This document shows positions 60,801-64,000 of a stretch of 64,000 bases of DNA, piece by piece. The stretch spans positions 2,720,001 through 2,784,000 of the forward strand of contig CBDBCF010000001.1 of the NCBI GenBank assembly GCA_965202985.1, in the 5' to 3' direction. Origin of the DNA: Longimicrobiales bacterium. Lineage in GTDB: Bacteria > Gemmatimonadota > Gemmatimonadetes > Longimicrobiales > Gaopeijiaceae. Numbering within the stretch: position 1 is the stretch's first letter; every line of letters starts with the position of its first letter. The translations under genes were made by a program, and so were the position numbers. Under the pieces are notes generated by a model. The model searched no databases and had not been told where the DNA came from. It saw only the letters and a list, made by a program, of their open reading frames with translations.

Positions 60801-63186
60801 GCCCCACCGAAGCGCTCGTTATGCGCGTATTGCCCGCCACCTTCCATGCCGGGCCGTCCACTATCGTCAACGATGACGCTATCCATACACTCACGTTGAC
60901 CTGGTTGGCGGCCCTGACCGCACCGCCGTTCAGGTCGACGGCGTCGGCGAGTATCCCAACACCGTTTCCGTCGTTGATCCCCGCCTCCACGACATAGCGG
61001 AACTCCAACGCGCTCGTGCCCGACCCCGAGTGGTAGGTCGCCCACCTGGACGTGGCACCCAGCCACATTCTTATCCGCGGCGCGCCCGTCACGTTGGTCG
61101 TTTCCCTGAAAGTCAGCGTCACCTTCATCGTGTCGCCTCTGACGAACGTCGAGTCCGGGCCCGCCGAGTTGACCGACAACCCCGTCAGCTTGTTGCTCGT
61201 GGGAAGCACCTTGTGCGCCGCGGCGTCCACGACCACATGGCTCAGCAAGCTGACGATCACGTCCAGCGTCGAGGCCACCCGCCTGATCGTGCCGCCGTTC
61301 AGCGCCAGCGCGTCCGCCGAATAGCTGATCCCCGTGCTGTCGGTGTCCGCCACCACCGTGACGTAGCGGAACGACAGCGAATCCCCGCCCGTACCCGACA
61401 CGTAGCTCGCCTGCCGCGTCGCCGCGCCGATCTCCAACGCCAGCTGCGGCGTGCCCGTCACGTTCACGTTCTCGTTGAACACCACGGCTACCTCGATCGT
61501 GTCGCCGGCCGCGTAGATGCTGTCCGTCCCCGGATCGCTCGCGATCGCCGTGCCCGTCACGTGCGGCAACCCCTGCACGGCCAACACCTTGTGCGCCGCC
61601 GCGTTCGTCACCGCGTAGACACTCAACCCCAAGACCGCGTCCACCGTCGTGCTACCCGCCCGCCTGATCGTCCCGCCGTTCAGCGTCAGCGCGCTCTCGC
61701 CGATGCTCAGCCCGTCCGTGTCGACGTTTCCCGCCACCACCGGGTAGCGGAACGTCAGCGAATCGCCGCCCGTCCCCGACACGTAGCTCGCCTGTCCCGT
61801 CTGCGAACCGATCGTCAGCGCCAGCTGCGGCGTGCCCGTCACGTCCACGTTCTCGACGAACACCACGCCGACCTCGATCGTGTCGCCCACGACGTAGGCG
61901 CTGTCCGTTCCCGCGTCGCTCGCAACCGCCAAGCCCACCACCACCGGCGGCCCCTGCGAACCGTCCACCTTGTGCGCCGCCCCGTTTGCGACGACATGGG
62001 TCTTCAAGTCCAGGTGCGCGTTCCGCGTGGTGTCCCCATACACGACCGTGCCCTTGATCGTCCCCCCGTTCAGAGTCAGCGCGCTCGCCGAATAGCTGAT
62101 CCCGTCGGCGTCCGCGTCCGTCGTACGGGTGGCGTAGCGGAACGTCAGCGAATCGCCGCCGCTGCCGGAGACGTAGTCCGCCTGCCGCGTGTTCGCGCCG
62201 ATCGTCAACGCCAGCTGCGGCGTCCCCGTCACCGCCACGTTCTCGTCAAAGACCACCCCGATCTCGATCATGTCGCCCCGCACGTACGTGCTGTCCGTGC
62301 CCGCGTCGCTCGTGATCGACGCCCGCTGAACATCCGGCAGGCCCAGCAGGCCGTTGACCTTCCTGGTGGGGTCGTTCGTGATGGCATTCCCACGAAGCCC
62401 GGTGAACGCAGCCCTGCCCCCACCACTTACGCTGCCGCTCAACGCGTTCTCGGGAAGGCTGAGGCCATCCGCGTCGATGTCGTCGGTCGTAACGTAGTGC
62501 GTGAACGACAACAAATTCGGGCCGACGCCAGTATAAGCGAAGGGTACCGTCCTCGCGCCGATCTGGACGTTAAGCGTTACAGAGCCTCCCCCAGGCGCGT
62601 TGATCAAGTTGTTGAAGTAGATCGCTATCCTGATTCGGTCGCCGAAGCCGAACGTCGAGTCAGCACCCGGGCTGTCCTCAAAGACTACTGGGCCAGCGAA
62701 GCGCGTGATGCCGTCCACCTTGTGGGTCGCGGCGTTGCTGACGGCGTGCGAGCCAAGCGACAAGTTGGCGTTCGTCGTCCCGCCCGAGACTTTGATCGTC
62801 CCGTTGTTCAGCGTCAGCGCGCTGGCCCCAATGCTCACGCCGGTCGTGTCCTCGTCCGTGTCCTCGATCCTGTAGGAAAACACGAGGGAATCCGATCCGC
62901 TGCCCGACTGGTAGCCCGCCTGCCGGGTGTTCGCGCCGATCGTCAAGGCCAGCCGCGGCATGCCCGTCACCGCCACAGCCGAGTCGAACTTGACCGCGAC
63001 TCGCATATGCTCGAGCCTGCGCCAAAGCGAATCTCCCTCTGCCGCGGCGTTCGGGAACACGACGTCCGTCACGGTCGGCGCAGCCTGAGCGCTCGCTTCC
63101 GCCGGGAGGGTGGCCCCGAACGCTCCCAGCAGGCCGAGCGCCGCCAACGCAGTTCGCGCTACAACGCCCAGCATGCGCGGCCGCAC
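51889..63186 (-). CDS. Giant autotransporter adhesin (19 Ig-like repeats, 5 cadherin repeats, C-terminal beta-barrel); native start probably ATG 63242 across a poly-C tract
   Basis: Signal peptide ending AEASAQA; repeats V.F...V.VTG.P.LAL.IG...A.Y.SG.GT..L.F.Y.V...D.D.DG; cadherin motifs ELAEN, ATDPD, DVNEAP; barrel segments WTVWGQ, LGLDYR, LYPYL, RFDGGDAETGMG, FSVEPTWG. Confidence 0.9.
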   Translation of the reverse strand: MRPRMLGVVARTALAALGLLGAFGATLPAEASAQAAPTVTDVVFPNAAAEGDSLWRRLEHMRVAVKFDSAVAVTGMPRLALTIGANTRQAGYQSGSGSDSLVFSYRIEDTDEDTTGVSIGASALTLNNGTIKVSGGTTNANLSLGSHAVSNAATHKVDGITRFAGPVVFEDSPGADSTFGFGDRIRIAIYFNNLINAPGGGSVTLNVQIGARTVPFAYTGVGPNLLSFTHYVTTDDIDADGLSLPENALSGSVSGGGRAAFTGLRGNAITNDPTRKVNGLLGLPDVQRASITSDAGTDSTYVRGDMIEIGVVFDENVAVTGTPQLALTIGANTRQADYVSGSGGDSLTFRYATRTTDADADGISYSASALTLNGGTIKGTVVYGDTTRNAHLDLKTHVVANGAAHKVDGSQGPPVVVGLAVASDAGTDSAYVVGDTIEVGVVFVENVDVTGTPQLALTIGSQTGQASYVSGTGGDSLTFRYPVVAGNVDTDGLSIGESALTLNGGTIRRAGSTTVDAVLGLSVYAVTNAAAHKVLAVQGLPHVTGTAIASDPGTDSIYAAGDTIEVAVVFNENVNVTGTPQLALEIGAATRQASYVSGTGGDSLSFRYVTVVADTDSTGISYSADALALNGGTIRRVASTLDVIVSLLSHVVVDAAAHKVLPTSNKLTGLSVNSAGPDSTFVRGDTMKVTLTFRETTNVTGAPRIRMWLGATSRWATYHSGSGTSALEFRYVVEAGINDGNGVGILADAVDLNGGAVRAANQVNVSVWIASSLTIVDGPAWKVAGNTRITSASVGRPPTGNVFERGDTIVVTMVYSDSVDVTGVPTAWLNFASATHNPALYASGTGTDTLKFRYVVQAADSDPNGLSLYGNAIQLTGGSTIREAGTTTSAFHDTPWPHLGQNALTNSPDHIVAGAERITSVSLGPPPVGDTFERGDTIKVIVVYSGSVDVTGVPTVWMNIGTNNYAGATYASGTGTDTLEFHRVVEATDVDGDGISIGGNALQLTGTPASTITDAGTNVAVLGGTPWGTTTNAITNSGGHKVQGGTFTATAVSGVAVTSTPSSGDTYELGERIEIGVSFNRGVVVTGTPWLALEIGSDTVQASYASGSGTKTLAFRYTVTAADADPTGISIGASALALNGGTIGDGRDTTVAASLALGSNAIADATAHKVDGAQGPPGVAGLVVGSPLVGDTFERGETIEVSVAFNKSVDVTGTPQLALGIGSATKQADYAVGTGTDTLMFRYEVVTADVDADGLSIGSGALALNGGTIRVSGGTTDAVLGLGVHAITNSTGHKVAGGTFTASAPSGVAIASAPSSDSTYGRTEMIEVEVTFTRPVDVTGTPQLALTIDTLTRQASYASGSGTKTLAFRYTVVAADADSTGIGIAASALALNGGTIADARDGSTAASLGLGSHAIANAAAHKVDGSLGPPGVTSLTIGSPVVGDVFERGETIEVELEFNRAVDVTGTPRLALTIGSATRQASYASGTGTTSLVFRYVVASGDADADGLSIGSGALTLSGGTIRLAGGTLDATLGLGVGVVVTNSGGHQVSGSTFTTPAVSAVTISSVPASGQTYQLGESIEVKVAFGRPVAVTGSPRLALTIGTQTRQASWESATSKADTLVFGYAIRPADADTDGLSIGASALTLNGGAIADVRPGAAAAELGLGANAVSNAASHKVNGSLGPPGVVGLTVAAPPVDDTFERGDTIVATVTFNKAVDATGAPQLALLIGAQQVGAYASAATGTTSLEFRYVVISGDADTDGLSIRANALTLNGGTIDVAGGTTDALLSLAHHAISNASGRRVAGGTFTAASVSAVSITSSPAGGGTYGLSEEIGVNVTFNRNVAVTGSPELALTIGSQTRQASYVTTTGGRVLSFAYTVVAADADGNGLSIGASALSLNGGTIADARDANEAASLGLGGHAISNSGAHRVDGNQGPPGVSAVSIASPVVGDVFERGDTVVATVVFNKAVDVTGTPQLALGIGSTTKQASYASGTGTASLVFRYVVVTADADVDGISIAAGALALNGGTIDVAGGTVDAVLGLGAHAISNSAGHKVAGGTFTAASVSGVSLTSSPAVATTYGRDERIEVQVTFNRRVAVTGTPRVALTVGAQTRQADYASGTGTRALTFRYVVVAADADTDGIEVGASALALNSGTIADARDGSTAAALGLGSHALSAAAGHKVDGTLAGASVTGVAVSSTPDSADTYGLGERIEVEVTFDRAVTVTGAPRLALTVGTVARQASYADGSGTATLSFAYRVRGAGSGGSGTGGVDADADGVGVAAAALTLNGGTIVNTADGVRPATLGLGAHAIAAAANDKVDGTVEVAPVVVGVAVTSEPVATGLYGAGGVIRVEVTFSRPVEVAGASSSPALAALMTAANTAGARLAIDVGGTTRHARYVSGSGTTVLVFEYVVLPADRDPDGISIPADALAEAAGALRIAGGQAAAVLDLGAHAVTDLTDHAVNGAGSLDPVFGRLEYEFELAENVAGPLPVGEVVATSPLGAEMRYGLESGGEGLFEVDVSSGVVTYVGGGEDAEQRSEYVMLVVAVTDGVGEDEQLETVAKVTVKVMNENDEAPSFVEERWVFELAEDVAGPLVLGVLEAADLDEGDTLTYALVAGDAQRFELDAGTGELRYVGGGEDYEGGAGPWVLEATATDLLGRTARTTATVVVADVNEAPAFADSAYAFELAENAAGPLVLGAVRATDPDRDDPPAYSLAEGDAERFEVDAVTGELRYVGEGEDAETGPESWALEVRATDRGGVAASARVVVALLDRNEAPVFAAEVYEWEFEENVAGPLVLGSVEAADPDRADTLVYSLSGEGAALFEVDAETGEVRYAGEGEDYEAGPERWEFEVVATDGEGLAARAVATVALLDVNEAPAFADSAYAFELAENAAGPLMLGAVEATDPDRGDAPAYSLAEGDAERFEVDARTGALQYVGSGEDYEQGPPSFALTVRATDAGGLTAEAGVVVTLLDVNEGPEAVGAMSPKTLEAYGDAVEEELAQYFRDPDGDALAYAVESSSPAVAAATVTGAGRLSIVPHAIGEAVVTVLASDPGGLSVRQQVRVTVEASRSERARALELTLAAFGRSLGTETVEAVGGRLGLGSSGALGRSHVQLGGRSLACGTGGSDVFGAGGFADVAAAADGRTDIEGDVANAVHGQADDGQGNAAAGGSGQAAGGGNGDAGGSGHCGLESLVRGATGLLGLQIVHPGSPDAAGGTVDLAALFFGDGRGGAFGQPTAGGAGGMTGMGGMGGAYQGRQQPEAGRADRGGLTFNPVDARGLRSQSSFQLAFGGSDAPADASSAGASVSSQAAVRLGWTVWGQANLGEFEGRPQDGFAMDGRTRSAYLGLDYRFASGVLMGLAGSRSDMEAGFDSDVNGAGSVDARLTSLYPYLHWSSGGGFGVWGLAGAGRGDATLEESAGGRFDTDLEMRMGALGVRQELTGGLALKADAFAVRILSDDVAGLAGVTADAQRVRLAPEIGGQWQLGGGLAMRTRLEVGGRFDGGDAETGMGAEAGAEVGLAHQASGFSMTARGRALLVHQERDFKDWGAGFSLRLQPGGGGEGGGLSFSVEPTWGDAGRGARALWQGGAEVWRTAGAGGFGAPGGAARPVGANVPAGTGLAHNPGDPSAQGASAADGGPTAGSQASLGLPASSGLLAATGAPGWAPDRVAMEVGYGVLLPGGNQVKPFGRWSREGPTGHRVNVGTRWSLLGGETTGQLTESPGTRSPGLQLMMDLFGEHVASGVQPPERRIGLSGRIVFE
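54246..55770 (-). repeat. Five ~300-bp cadherin-domain repeats
   Basis: AP.F....Y.FELAE..AGP heads; units 3 and 5 are near-identical (APAFADSAYAFELAENAAGPL). Confidence 0.85.
55785..63083 (-). repeat. Nineteen ~120-130 aa Ig-like repeats
   Basis: Each unit ends in an HKVxG-like motif; counted by eye from the translation. Confidence 0.85.
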
Positions 63187-63196
63187 GGCACTGTAA

Positions 63197-63216
63197 GGGG
63201 GGGGGGGGGGGGGGGG
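63197..63216 (-). repeat. C20 homopolymer (G20 on +) in the adhesin leader
   Basis: 20 consecutive G counted at 63197-63216. Confidence 0.95.
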
Positions 63217-63238
63217 CTCAAGCTAACTGTCGGTTGTT

Positions 63239-63556
63239 TCATGGCGCGGCGCTGATGATGTGGTGGAGGACATGGAAACGGAAACCGGGCCGCTCCCAGT
63301 GTGTCCGGCCCGAGTTCAAGCAACATCGGTGCGCGATGGGGGGCTTGTGCCGCGAGGCCGCGGCCTGGCGTCGCAACCGATGCTGGCGCGCGGGGCCGAA
63401 ACATGGTCGGCCACACCGCAGGCCGCTCGCCGCCGGTCCTCGCCCTACCTTGCCGAAGCCCGACGGCGCGGCCGTCTGCACGGCGGGTTCGAGGGCGGAG
63501 GCACCTTGCCGACACAAAACGGGGGGGGGGGGGGGGGGGGAGGAGGATTTCGTCAT
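63239..63556 (-). CDS. Putative leader ORF (105 aa) containing a poly-C tract; stop overlaps ATG 63242
   Basis: AGGCGG-N-ATG 63556, MTKSSSPPPPPP; TGA 63239-63241 forms ATGA with the next start. Coding status is uncertain. Confidence 0.35.
   Translation of the reverse strand: MTKSSSPPPPPPVLCRQGASALEPAVQTAAPSGFGKVGRGPAASGLRCGRPCFGPARQHRLRRQAAASRHKPPIAHRCCLNSGRTHWERPGFRFHVLHHIISAAP
63521..63540 (-). repeat. Second C20 homopolymer (G20 on +)
   Basis: 20 consecutive G counted at 63521-63540. Confidence 0.95.
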
Positions 63557-63626
63557 CGTTTTCGCCGCCTAGATTGCTTGCTGGAACCGACTTCCGGACG
63601 TTGCGCGGCAAAATATACAACCTTGC

Positions 63627-64000
63627 TCAGAGCGGCACCACGGCCGTGGCCTCCACTTCGACCAGGGCCGCCGGGTGGACCAGAGCGGATACGGCCACGA
63701 GGGACATGGCGGGGAAGTGCTTGCCGAAGACCGCCCGGTATTGGACCCCGATCTCGGACAGGGAGCTGCGGTAGGCCGTCATGTCGGTGACGTAGACGAC
63801 CATGCGCCCCACGTCGGCCGGGCGACCTCCGGCAGCCTCCACGACCCGCGCCACGTTGGCCAGCGCCGCGCCGAACTGCTCGGGCAGCGTCGAGGCCGCG
63901 ATTCGCCCGGAGGAGTCCGCGGCGATCTGACCCGCCACGAAGAGCGCGCGGCCGCCGGGGCGCGCCAGCATTCCGTTGTTCCAGCCCCGGGGACGGCCGA
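63627..64000 (-). CDS. RidA/YjgF family protein (5' end outside the window)
   Basis: LFVAGQIA, YRAVFGKHFPAMSLVAVSALV, VEVEATA. Confidence 0.9.
   Translation of the reverse strand, partial: GRPRGWNNGMLARPGGRALFVAGQIAADSSGRIAASTLPEQFGAALANVARVVEAAGGRPADVGRMVVYVTDMTAYRSSLSEIGVQYRAVFGKHFPAMSLVAVSALVHPAALVEVEATAVVPL

Noticed and set aside
54058..60876. 2272-aa plus-strand ORF and other very long antisense or alternate-frame ORFs (e.g. 43432..46854, 39575..43501, 48566..52054)
   Set aside because: Arg/His/Ala-rich shadow frames of real genes, expected at this GC content; no motifs.

Overview
High-GC bacterial chromosomal window; gene content and order suggest Gemmatimonadota, possibly host-associated (inference). 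From left to right: a partial comEC, an Rpn/YhgA-like nuclease with a probable internal antitoxin start, fbp, a sigma-54-driven 1282-aa repeat lipoprotein, and a surface-glycan cassette (GT-B protein, asnB-like amidotransferase, GT4, methyltransferase). A ~17 kb minus-strand run of mostly start/stop-overlapping genes (12881-30162) carries purF/L/Q/S, pssA, psd, purC, purB, truA and a Tat-exported aminotransferase. It is headed by an uncharacterised four-gene module: a frameshifted Schlafen/AlbA_2 protein, a GHKL-ATPase protein, a hypothetical, and a hypothetical with a HicB-like tail. This module is the best candidate for an undescribed defence/conflict system. Further right are mscS, a TRAP transporter, gpmI, an EEP-family protein, a beta-propeller gene with a decayed thioredoxin-like partner, two tandem PD40-amidohydrolases, arginase, an AAA/PD-(D/E)XK protein and an ABC-F protein. 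The window ends with an 11.3 kb autotransporter adhesin (19 Ig-like repeats, 5 cadherin repeats) whose 5' end lies behind two C20 tracts that look like a two-stage phase-variation switch, followed by a partial ridA-family gene. No rRNA, tRNA or CRISPR array was seen. All calls come from motif recognition by eye; no database searches were run.
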